From: Eledone cirrhosa
Lineage: Eukaryota
Assembly: GCA_964016885.1 (NCBI GenBank)
Contig: OZ024747.1
Span: 43,214,001-43,278,000, forward strand
Length of the DNA: 64,000 bases
Direction: 5' to 3'
Below the pieces are notes generated by a model, which was given only the letters and a program-made list of their open reading frames with translations, ran no database searches and was not told the origin of the DNA. Both the position numbers and the translations under genes were made by a program. Within the stretch, counting starts at the first letter, position 1; the number at the start of each line of letters is the position of its first letter. Positions 53,600-63,965 of this stretch are shown piece by piece.

Positions 53600-56500
53600 G
53601 ACTGCTTTACAGTGTGGGCTGGGCAGTTTTTGTTGTAGCACCAAAACGACTGCTTTACAGTGTGGACTTGCCAGTTTTTGTTGTAGCACCAAAACGACTG
53701 CTTTACAGTGTGGGCTGGGCAGTTTTTGTTGTAGCACCAAAACGACTGCTTTACAGTGTGGACTTGGCACTTTTTGTTGTAGCACCAAAACGACTGCTTT
53801 ACAGTGTGGGCTGGGCAGTTTTTGTTGTAGCACCAAAACGACTGCTTTACAGTGTGGGCTGGGCAGTTTTTGTTGTAGCACCAAAACGACTGCTTTACAG
53901 TGTAGACTTGGCAGTTTTTGTTGTAGCACAAAAATGACTGCTTTACAGTGTGGACTTGGCAGTTTTTGTTGTAGTAACAATACCACTGCTTTACAGTGTG
54001 GGCTGGGCAGTTTTTGTTTTAACACTAAAACGACTGCGTTACATGTGGACTTGGCAGTTCTTGTTGTAGCACCAAAACGACTGCTTTACAGTGTGGACTT
54101 GGCACTTTTTGTTGTAGCGCCAAAACGACTGCGTTACAGTGTGTACTTGGCACTTTTTCTTGTAGCACCAAAACGACTGCTTTACAGTGTGGGCAGGGCA
54201 GTTTTTGTTGTAGCACCAAAACGACTGCTTTACAGTGTGGACTTGGCTGTTTTTGTTGTAGCACCAAAACGACTGCTTTACAGTGTGGGCTGGACAGTTT
54301 TTGTTGTAGCACCAAAACGACTCCTATACAGTGTGGATTTGGCACTTTTTGTTGTAGCACCAAAACGACTGCTTTACAGTGTGGGCTGGGCAGTTTTTGT
54401 TGTAGCACCAAAACAACTGCTTTACATTGTGGACTTGGCAGTTTTTGTTGTAGCACCAAAACGACTGCTTTACAGTGTGGGCTGGGCAGTTTTTGTTGTA
54501 GCACCAAAATGACTGCTTTACAGTGTGGACTTGGCAGTTTTTGTTGTAGCACCAAAACGACTGCTTTACAGTGTGGACTTGGCAGTTTTTGTTGTAGCAC
54601 CAAATCGACTGCTTTACAGTGTGGACTTGGCACTTTTTGTTGTAGCACCAAAACGACTGCTTTACAGTGTGGGCTGGGCAGTTTTTGTTGTAGCACCAAA
54701 ACGACTGCTTTACAGTGTGGGCTGGGCAGTTTTTGTTGTAGCAACAAAACGACTGCTTTACAGTGTGGGCTGGGCAGTTTTTTGTTGTCGCACCAAAACG
54801 ACTGCTTTACAGTGTGGGCTGGGCAGTTTTTGTTGTAGCAACAAAACGACTGCTTTACAGTGTGGACTTGGCAGTTTTTGTTGTAGCACCAAAACGACTG
54901 CTTTACAGTGTGGGCTGGGCAGTTTTTGTTGTAGCACCAAAACGACTGCTATACAGTGTGGACTTGGCAGTTTTTGTTGTAGCACCAAAACGACTGCTTT
55001 ACAGTGTGGGCTGGGCAGTTTTTGTTGTAGCACCAAAACGACTGCTTTACAGTGTGGACTTGGCACTTTTTGTTGTAGCACCAAAACGACTGCTTTACAG
55101 TGTGGGCTTGGCACTTTTTGTTGTAGCACCAAAACGACTGCTTTACAGTGTGGGCTGGGCAGTTTTTGTTGTAGCACCAAAACGACTGCTTTACAGCGTG
55201 GACTTGGCAGTTTTTGTTGTAGCACCAAAACGACTGCTTTACAGTGTGGGCTGTGCAGTTTTTGTTGTAGCACCAAAACGACTGCTTTACAGTGTGGACT
55301 TGGCAGTTTTTGTTGTAGCACCAAAACGACTGCTTTACAGTGTGGGCTGGGCAGTTTTTGTTGTAGCACCAAAACGACTGCTTTACAGTGTGGACTTGGC
55401 ACTTTTGTTGTAGCACCAAAACGACTGCTTTACAGTGTGGACTTGGCAGTTTTTGTTGTAGCACCAAAACGACTGCTTTACAGTGTGGGATGGGCAGTTT
55501 TTGTTGTAGCACCAAAACGACTGCTTTACAGTGTGGGCTGGGCAGTTTTTGTTTTAGCACCAAAACGACTGCTTTACAGTGTGGACTTGGCAGTTTTTGT
55601 TGTAGCACCAAAACGACTGCTTTACAGTGTGGGCTGGGCAGTTTTTGTTGTAGCACCAAAACGACTGCTTTACAGTGTGGACTTGGCAGTTTTTGTTGTA
55701 GCACCAAAACGACTGCTTTACAGTGTGGGCTGGGCAGTTTTTGTTGTAGCACCAAAATGACTGCTTTACAGTGTGGACTTGGCAGTTTTTGTTGTAGCAC
55801 CAAAACGACTGCTTTACAGTGTGGACTTGCCAGTTTTTGTTGTAGCACCAAAACGACTGCTTTACAGTGTGGGCTGGGCAGTTTTTGTTGTAGCACCAAA
55901 ACGACTGCTTTACAGTGTGGACTTGCCAGTTTTTGTTGTAGCACCAAAACGACTGCTTTACAGTGTGGGCTGGGCAGTTTTTGTTGTAGCACCAAAACGA
56001 CTGCTTTACAGTGTGGACTTGGCACTTTTTGTTGTAGCACCAAAACGACTGCTTTACAGTGTGGGCTGGGCAGTTTTTGTTGTAGCACCAAAACGACTGC
56101 TTTACAGTGTGGGCTGGGCAGTTTTTGTTGTAGCACCAAAACGACTGCTTTACAGTGTAGACTTGGCAGTTTTTGTTGTAGCACAAAAATGACTGCTTTA
56201 CAGTGTGGACTTGGCAGTTTTTGTTGTAGTAACAATACCACTGCTTTACAGTGTGGGCTGGGCAGTTTTTGTTTTAACACTAAAACGACTGCGTTACATG
56301 TGGACTTGGCAGTTCTTGTTGTAGCACCAAAACGACTGCTTTACAGTGTGGACTTGGCACTTTTTGTTGTAGCGCCAAAACGACTGCGTTACAGTGTGTA
56401 CTTGGCACTTTTTCTTGTAGCACCAAAACGACTGCTTTACAGTGTGGGCAGGGCAGTTTTTGTTGTAGCACCAAAACGACTGCTTTACAGTGTGGACTTG

Positions 56501-57460
56501 GCTGTTTTTGTTGTAGCACCAAAACGACTGCTTTACAGTGTGGGCTGGGCAGTTTTTGTTGTAGCACCAAAACGACTCCTATACAGTGTGGATTTGGCAC
56601 TTTTTGTTGTAGCACCAAAACGACTGCTTTACAGTGTGGGCTGGGCAGTTTTTGTTGTAGCACCAAAACAACTGCTTTACATTGTGGACTTGGCAGTTTT
56701 TGTTGTAGCACCAAAACGACTGCTTTACAGTGTGGGCTGGGCAGTTTTTGTTGTAGCACCAAAATGACTGCTTTACAGTGTGGACTTGGCAGTTTTTGTT
56801 GTAGCACCAAAACGACTGCTTTACAGTGTGGACTTGGCAGTTTTTGTTGTAGCACCAAATCGACTGCTTTACAGTGTGGACTTGGCACTTTTTGTTGTAG
56901 CACCAAAACGACTGCTTTACAGTGTGGGCTGGGCAGTTTTTGTTGTAGCACCAAAACGACTGCTTTACAGTGTGGGCTGGGCAGTTTTTGTTGTAGCAAC
57001 AAAACGACTGCTTTACAGTGTGGGCTGGGCAGTTTTTTGTTGTAGCACCAAAACGACTGCTTTACAGTGTGGGCTGGGCAGTTTTTGTTGTAGCAACAAA
57101 ACGACTGCTTTACAGTGTGGACTTGGCAGTTTTTGTTGTAGCACCAAAACGACTGCTTTACAGTGTGGGCTGGGCAGTTTTTGTTGTAGCACCAAAACGA
57201 CTGCTATACAGTGTGGACTTGGCAGTTTTTGTTGTAGCACCAAAACGACTGCTTTACAGTGTGGGCTGGGCAGTTTTTGTTGTAGCACCAAAACGACTGC
57301 TTTACAGTGTGGACTTGGCACTTTTTGTTGTAGCACCAAAACGACTGCTTTACAGTGTGGGCTTGGCACTTTTTGTTGTAGCACCAAAACGACTGCTTTA
57401 CAGTGTGGGCTGGGCAGTTTTTGTTGTAGCACCAAAACGACTGCTTTACAGCGTGGACTT
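53600..57460 (+). repeat. Higher-order duplication, offset 2255 bp (47 monomers minus 1 bp)
   Basis: ORF pairs 54025/56280 and 54758/57013; shared GTGTAGAC, AGTAACAATACC and CTCCTATAC variants. Confidence 0.85.
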
Positions 57461-60400
57461 GGCACTTTTTGTTGTAGCACCAAAACGACTGCTTTACAGT
57501 GTGGGCTGGGCAGTTTTTGTTGTAGCACCAAAACGACTGCTTTACAGTGTGGACTTGGCGCTTTTTGTTGTAGCACCAAACGACTGCTTTACAGTGTGGG
57601 CTGGGCAGTTTTTGTTGTAGCACCAAAACGACTGCTTTACAGTGTGGACTTGGCGCTTTTTGTTGTAGCACCAAAACGACTGCTTTACAGTGTGGGCTGT
57701 GCAGTTTTTGTTGTAGCACCAAAACGACTGCTTTACAGTGTGGACTTGGCAGTTTTTGTTGTAGCACCAAAACGACTGCTTTACAGTGTGGGCTGGGCAG
57801 TTTTTGTTGTAGCACCAAAACGACTGCTTTACAGTGTGGACTTGGCACTTTTGTTGTAGCACCAAAACGACTGCTTTACAGTGTGGACTTGGCAGTTTTT
57901 GTTGTAGCACCAAAACGACTGCTTTACAGTGTGGGATGGGCAGTTTTTGTTGTAGCACCAAAACGACTGCTTTACAGTGTGGGCTGGGCAGTTTTTGTTT
58001 TAGCACCAAAACGACTGCTTTACAGTGTGGACTTGGCAGTTTTTGTTGTAGCACCAAAACGACTGCTTTACAGTGTGGGCTGGGCAGTTTTTGTTGTAGC
58101 ACCAAAACGACTGCTTTACAGTGTGGACTTGGCAGTTTTTGTTGTAGCACCAAAACGACTGCTTTACAGTGTGGGCTGGGCAGTTTTTGTTGTAGCACCA
58201 AAATGACTGCTTTACAGTGTGGACTTGGCAGTTTTTGTTGTAGCACCAAAACGACTGCTTTACAGTGTGGACTTGGCAGTTTTTGTTGTAGCACCAAATC
58301 GACTGCTTTACAGTGTGGACTTGGCACTTTTTGTTGTAGCACCAAAACGACTGCTTTACAGTGTGGGCTGGGCAGTTTTTGTTGTAGCACCAAAACGACT
58401 GCTTTACAGTGTGGGCTGGGCAGTTTTTGTTGTAGCAACAAAACGACTGCTTTACAGTGTGGGCTGGGCAGTTTTTTGTTGTAGCACCAAAACGACTGCT
58501 TTACAGTGTGGGCTGGGCAGTTTTTGTTGTAGCAACAAAACGACTGCTTTACAGTGTGGACTTGGCAGTTTTTGTTGTAGCACCAAAACGACTGCTTTAC
58601 AGTGTGGGCTGGGCAGTTTTTGTTGTAGCACCAAACGACTGCTATACAGTGTGGACTTGGCAGTTTTTGTTGTAGCACCAAAACGACTGCTTTACAGTGT
58701 GGGCTGGGCAGTTTTTTGTTGTAGCACCAAAACGACTGCTTTACAGTGTGGACTTGGCACTTTTTGTTGTAGCACCAAAACGACTGCTTTACAGTGTGGG
58801 ATTGGCACTTTTTGTTGTAGCACCAAAACGACTGCTTTACAGTGTGGGCTGGGCAGTTTTTGTTGTAGCACCAAAACGACTGCTTTACAGCGTGGACTTG
58901 GCAGTTTTTGTTGTAGCACCAAAACGACTGCTTTACAGTGTGGGCTGGGCTGTTTTTGTTGTAGCACCAAAACGACTGCTTTACAGTGTGGACTTGGCAG
59001 TTTTTGTTGTAGCACCAAAACGACTGCTTTACAGTGTGGGCTGGGCAGTTTTTGTTGTAGCACCAAAACGACTGCTTTACAGTGTGGACTTGGCACTTTT
59101 GTTGTAGCACCAAAACGACTGCTTTACAGTGTGGACTTGGCAGTTTTTGTTGTAGCACCAAAACGACTGCTTTACAGTGTGGGATGGGCAGTTTTTGTTG
59201 TAGCACCAAAACGACTGCTTTACAGTATGGGCTGGGCAGTTTTTGTTGTAGCACCAAAACGACTGCTTTACAGTGTGGACTTGGCAGTTTTTGTTGTAGC
59301 ACCAAAACGACTGCTTTACAGTGTGGGCTGGGCAGTTTTTGTTGTAGCACCAAAACGACTGCTTTACAGTGTGGACTTCGCAGTTTTTGTTGTAGCACCA
59401 AAACGACTGCTTTACAGTGTGGGCTGGGCAGTTTTTGTTGTAGCACCAAAACGACTGCTTTACAGCGTGGACTTGGCACTTTTTGTTGTAGCACCAAAAC
59501 GACTGCTTTACAGTGTGGGCTGGGCAGTTTTTGTTGTAGCACCAAAACGACTGCTTTACAGTGTGGACTTGGCGCTTTTTGTTGTAGCACCAAACGACTG
59601 CTTTACAGTGTGGGCTGGGCAGTTTTTGTTGTAGCACCAAAACGACTGCTTTACAGTGTGGACTTGGCGCTTTTTGTTGTAGCACCAAAACGACTGCTTT
59701 ACAGTGTGGGCTGTGCAGTTTTTGTTGTAGCACCAAAACGACTGCTTTACAGTGTGGACTTGGCAGTTTTTGTTGTAGCACCAAAACGACTGCTTTACAG
59801 TGTGGGCTGGGCAGTTTTTGTTGTAGCACCAAAACGACTGCTTTACAGTGTGGACTTGGCACTTTTGTTGTAGCACCAAAACGACTGCTTTACAGTGTGG
59901 ACTTGGCAGTTTTTGTTGTAGCACCAAAACGACTGCTTTACAGTGTGGGATGGGCAGTTTTTGTTGTAGCACCAAAACGACTGCTTTACAGTGTGGGCTG
60001 GGCAGTTTTTGTTTTAGCACCAAAACGACTGCTTTACAGTGTGGACTTGGCAGTTTTTGTTGTAGCACCAAAACGACTGCTTTACAGTGTGGGCTGGGCA
60101 GTTTTTGTTGTAGCACCAAAACGACTGCTTTACAGTGTGGACTTGGCACTTTTTGTTGTAGCACCAAAACGACTGCTTTACAGTGTGGGCTGGGCAGTTT
60201 TTGTTGTAGCACCAAAATGACTGCTTTACAGTGTGGACTTGGCAGTTTTTGTTGTAGCACCAAAACGACTGCTTTACAGTGTGGACTTGGCAGTTTTTGT
60301 TGTAGCACCAAATCGACTGCTTTACAGTGTGGACTTGGCACTTTTTGTTGTAGCACCAAAACGACTGCTTTACAGTGTGGGCTGGGCAGTTTTTGTTGTA

Positions 60401-61452
60401 GCACCAAAACGACTGCTTTACAGTGTGGGCTGGGCAGTTTTTGTTGTAGCAACAAAACGACTGCTTTACAGTGTGGGCTGGGCAGTTTTTTGTTGTAGCA
60501 CCAAAACGACTGCTTTACAGTGTGGGCTGGGCAGTTTTTGTTGTAGCAACAAAACGACTGCTTTACAGTGTGGACTTGGCAGTTTTTGTTGTAGCACCAA
60601 AACGACTGCTTTACAGTGTGGGCTGGGCAGTTTTTGTTGTAGCACCAAACGACTGCTATACAGTGTGGACTTGGCAGTTTTTGTTGTAGCACCAAAACGA
60701 CTGCTTTACAGTGTGGGCTGGGCAGTTTTTTGTTGTAGCACCAAAACGACTGCTTTACAGTGTGGACTTCGCACTTTTTGTTGTAGCACCAAAACGACTG
60801 CTTTACAGTGTGGGCTTGGCACTTTTTGTTGTAGCACCAAAACGACTGCTTTACAGTGTGGGCTGGGCAGTTTTTGTTGTAGCACCAAAACGACTGCTTT
60901 ACAGCGTGGACTTGGCAGTTTTTGTTGTAGCACCAAAACGACTGCTTTACAGTGTGGGCTGGGCTGTTTTTGTTGTAGCACCAAAACGACTGCTTTACAG
61001 TGTGGACTTGGCAGTTTTTGTTGTAGCACCAAAACGACTGCTTTACAGTGTGGGCTGGGCAGTTTTTGTTGTAGCACCAATACGACTGCTTTACAGTGTG
61101 GACTTGGCACTTTTGTTGTAGCACCAAAACGACTGCTTTACAGTGTGGACTTGGCAGTTTTTGTTGTAGCACCAAAACGACTGCTTTACAGTGTGGGATG
61201 GGCAGTTTTTGTTGTAGCACCAAAACGACTGCTTTACAGTGTGGGCTGGGCAGTTTTTGTTGTAGCACCAAAACGACTGCTTTACAGTGTGGACTTGGCA
61301 GTTTTTGTTGTAGCACCAAAACGACTGCTTTACAGTGTGGGCTGGGCAGTTTTTGTTGTAGCACCAAAACGACTGCTTTACAGTGTGGACTTCGCAGTTT
61401 TTGTTGTAGCACCAAAACGACTGCTTTACAGTGTGGGCTGGGCAGTTTTTGT
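57370..61452 (+). repeat. Terminal higher-order tandem duplication, period 2014 bp (42 monomers minus 2 bp)
   Basis: ORF pairs 57834/59848, 58452/60466 and 58692/60706; the same series of 1-bp indels in both copies. Confidence 0.9.
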
Positions 61453-61561
61453 CATATTGCCACTACAACCACTCTACAGAGTGGACTGCATTCCTTCTGA
61501 CATGTCACAAACACAAACAGCTTACAGGGCAGACTGGGTGCTTTTTGTTGTCTCACTAACC
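61453..61561 (+). repeat. About 2.3 highly diverged satellite monomers at the array edge
   Basis: Aligns without gaps at 48-bp period: CTCTACAGAGTGGACTG, CTTACAGGGCAGACTG and GGTGCTTTTTGTTGT fall at the expected monomer positions. Confidence 0.85.
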
Positions 61562-61579
61562 AGATATATATATGTACAT

Positions 61580-61585
<6 letters not shown>

Positions 61586-61665
<80 letters not shown>
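61586..61665. repeat. (TG)40 microsatellite
   Basis: Perfect dinucleotide run immediately after the satellite edge. Confidence 0.98.
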
Positions 61666-61667
<2 letters not shown>

Positions 61668-61778
61668 CAACAAGACAAAACAAGCCTAAATAATATTCTA
61701 GAAATTAACAGAAATATTAAAGGAAGAAATGAACCTCCATCAGTTTTGGTAATGACTGTTCCAATTATATGAGCAACA

Positions 61779-62043
61779 GAACAACCTGCTCATGGAATCA
61801 ATGTGTAAGTGGCTAAGCATTCCATAGATATATGTGTATCATTAATGTCAACATTAGGGAGATTCAGAGTGCTGGAGTACAGTTCATCCAACAGGCTTCT
61901 AGGCAGTTTCCTTCTACCCAATTTATCTTACAAAGCATAAGTCAGCCTTAAGCTATGGTAAATGAGAAGCATCCAAGATGCCATGCAGTAGGACCAAACA
62001 TAAGACCTAATGATTGCGAAGTTAACTTGTTAACCATTCGTCA
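61779..62043 (-). mobile_element. Decayed tRNA-derived SINE remnant(s), possibly two fused fragments
   Basis: The minus strand begins TGACGAATGGTTAA...GTTTGGTCC...GGCATCTTGG, resembling a degraded A box, B box and CORE-like start. The remainder resembles octopus SINE bodies from memory. No TSD seen; not database-verified. Confidence 0.45.
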
Positions 62044-62232
62044 AAGCTGTGAGAACTAATAAGACTAATAAAGAAGATATAAACTAGTTCTTTAATAAAA
62101 CAGTTAAAATGAAGCTTGTATTATTGAAAACATGATTTATGTTTTCAATAATACATGTTTTACTTATATACATAATGAACTTATCGATTTAAGAAAACAT
62201 TTTGGTAATGGTTAACCTAGAATATAAGCACA

Positions 62233-62278
62233 TATGTATGTATTTATGTATGTATGGATGTTTCTATGTATCAATGTA

Positions 62279-62344
<66 letters not shown>
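62233..62344. repeat. Compound microsatellite: degenerate (TATG)n, short (TG)n, then (TA)28 at 62289-62344
   Basis: Directly visible simple repeats. Confidence 0.96.
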
Positions 62345-62348
<4 letters not shown>

Positions 62349-62425
62349 ACCGTATTTATTGTTTTTAAAAACTATTTATCATTAAATTTATAAGAAAGCA
62401 CGCACGTTTATTATTTTTCTGCTGT

Positions 62426-62613
62426 AAGGCGGTGGAATGGCACTATCGGTAGAGGGTCGGACGCCATGCTTTGAAGCATAGAGTTACCTCCCTTTATGAT
62501 CTGAGTTCAAATCCCGCTGAGGTTAACTTTGCCTTTCATCCTTACGGAGTCGATAAAATAAAGTACCAGTAATGCACTGGATAATTGCTGGCCTTGTGCC
62601 AAAAGTAGAAACA
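62426..62613 (+). mobile_element. tRNA-derived SINE, copy 1, with 16-bp target-site duplication
   Basis: A-box-like TGGCACTATCGG, B box GAGTTCAAATCC, central GCCTTTCATCCTTACGGAGTCGATAAAATAAAGTACCAG. TSD ATTATTTTTCTGCTGT at 62410-62425 and 62614-62629. A second copy lies nearby. Confidence 0.9.
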
Positions 62614-63204
62614 ATTATTTTTCTGCTGTGTACAAAACAACATCCTTCATGGCATGAGACCACTAAGTTTATTATTAAAATAGATTTAATTATTATTATA
62701 TAGCTATGTTTAACGTTTTTACGATTAATATTATTCTTTTGTTTATTAAATACATATATATATAATTATTTCCAATATAGAAATGTTTTAGTAGATACAT
62801 AGTCGACAGCAAATAAATAAATAAACAAGCGTGCTCTCTCTCTTCTTAAGCACTCAATATATTTAATTCCGAAATATGTTTAACTCTAAATACACATATT
62901 ATTCCACACCACTATTAATAATTTTTTAATATTGTCCTTTATTTTTTTAAACACATTTTCTCAGAACTTTATCACGGAAAACTGCATCTTATCATGAATA
63001 TGAACAGTTGAAGCACACACTACTAACGTAGACATCATAAACTATAATTAAATTGACTATTGATGATATTGTCTCACTTTTAATTTTGTTAAAGAACATT
63101 TGAAAAAGACTCGTAGGGAGGCATGTAGTTCTTCCAGTTGAGGATTTCCCATGATTTTGCATCCTATTTGTTTATAATTATTGATATCGTCATCATAGTA
63201 AGTG

Positions 63205-63226
63205 ATATATATATATATATATATAT
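63205..63226. repeat. (AT)11 microsatellite overlapping the left TSD of SINE copy 2
   Basis: Directly visible. Confidence 0.92.
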
Positions 63227-63233
63227 GAATTAA

Positions 63234-63422
63234 TTGTTTCTACTTTTGGCACAAGGCCAGCAATTATCCCAGTGCATTACTGGTACTTTATTTTATCGAC
63301 CCCGTAAGGATGAAAGGCAAAGTTAACCTAGGCGGGATTTGAACTCAGAATGGCAAGGGCCGTAACTCTATGCATCAAAGCATGGCGTCCAACCCTCTAC
63401 CGATACTGCCAATTCACCGCCC
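63234..63422 (-). mobile_element. tRNA-derived SINE, copy 2 (same family, opposite orientation), with 14-bp target-site duplication
   Basis: The reverse complement aligns end to end to copy 1 (about 16 differences by eye, ~90% identity). TSD TATATATGAATTAA at 63220-63233 and 63423-63436. Confidence 0.9.
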
Positions 63423-63813
63423 TATATATGAATTAAAAATATGTAAAAATAAACTCTGATGACGCTGATTTTGAAGCAATTCCCGATGGTCTCAGTATAA
63501 AACATATGTAAATTTTAGAAAAGCAGTTTTTGAAAAATTAGAAAAATTTTTTTTAGAAAATAAAAAAATGTTTAAATATGTAACTATACAACCCTGAGAT
63601 GAAGTTCGATCGACTGAAAGACGTGTTAGTTTGAAAACTCATTGATTCTTTGGTGTTTTTTATGAATATTATAGATCAGCTCTGCATGAAGCTTAGAGCT
63701 TTCTGGTAAAGTTTCATCCTAATAATAACAATACTGTTATTAATATTATATATATATTTCGTTTCTGAATTTGTTTAGCAAGATTCTTTATCTGAAATCG
63801 TGTGTTGAAACCG

Positions 63814-63965
63814 ATATTGTTATACTTTGGGAGGGTCATGTTGCCAACCAGAAATTTATAAATTTATAAATTTGTAAATTTATAAATATATAATAAATTG
63901 AAGTGAAAGCAGCTGGTGCGTGTGTTTCTTATTGGCAACATGACCCTCCCAAAGTATAACAATAT
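63814..63965. mobile_element. Small MITE-like/foldback element with perfect 34-bp inverted repeats
   Basis: ATATTGTTATACTTTGGGAGGGTCATGTTGCCAA (63814-63847) is the exact reverse complement of 63932-63965. The 84-bp spacer contains (AAATTTAT)n. A TA TSD is possible at 63815-63816 and 63963-63964. Confidence 0.65.

Larger units (their letters stand above)
34522..61452 (+). repeat. 48-bp tandem satellite, forward-oriented right domain
   Basis: Same monomer and orientation as the left domain. The last canonical monomer ends ...GGCAGTTTTTGT at 61452. Confidence 0.99.

Noticed and set aside
1-61452. CRISPR array
   Set aside because: No unique spacers; units are contiguous near-identical 48-mers; no cas genes; the flank is eukaryotic (SINEs, microsatellites).
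1-61452. Zinc-finger, metallothionein or keratin-associated protein identity for the Cys/His-rich translations
   Set aside because: Spacing does not fit C2H2 (28-aa, TGEKP linker) or metallothionein CxC patterns; the similarity is compositional only.
1-61452. G-quadruplex array from GGGCTGGG
   Set aside because: Only two G3 tracts per monomer; four tracts need a ~40-nt loop and adjacent G-type units.
2-61500. Very long ORFs (up to 2338 aa) in the ORF track as protein-coding genes
   Set aside because: The monomer is 16 codons and stop-free in four frames, so overlapping ORFs on both strands are automatic. They switch frame at 47-bp monomers and run through inversion junctions, with no unique domain, signal peptide or gene structure.
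61498-61500. In-frame TGA at a Cys-equivalent position as a selenocysteine codon
   Set aside because: A single TGT>TGA change in decayed sequence; no SECIS or gene context recognisable.
61452-62393. Short ORFs 61452..61673, 61572..61772 and 62202..62393
   Set aside because: Translations of (TG)n and (TA)n microsatellites.
62428-62520. tRNA gene
   Set aside because: A and B boxes are present but no complete cloverleaf is evident. It is the head of a TSD-flanked SINE present twice.
63437-63810. Possible DNA-transposon remnant in AT-rich sequence
   Set aside because: No termini, TSD, second copy or coding trace that I can support.
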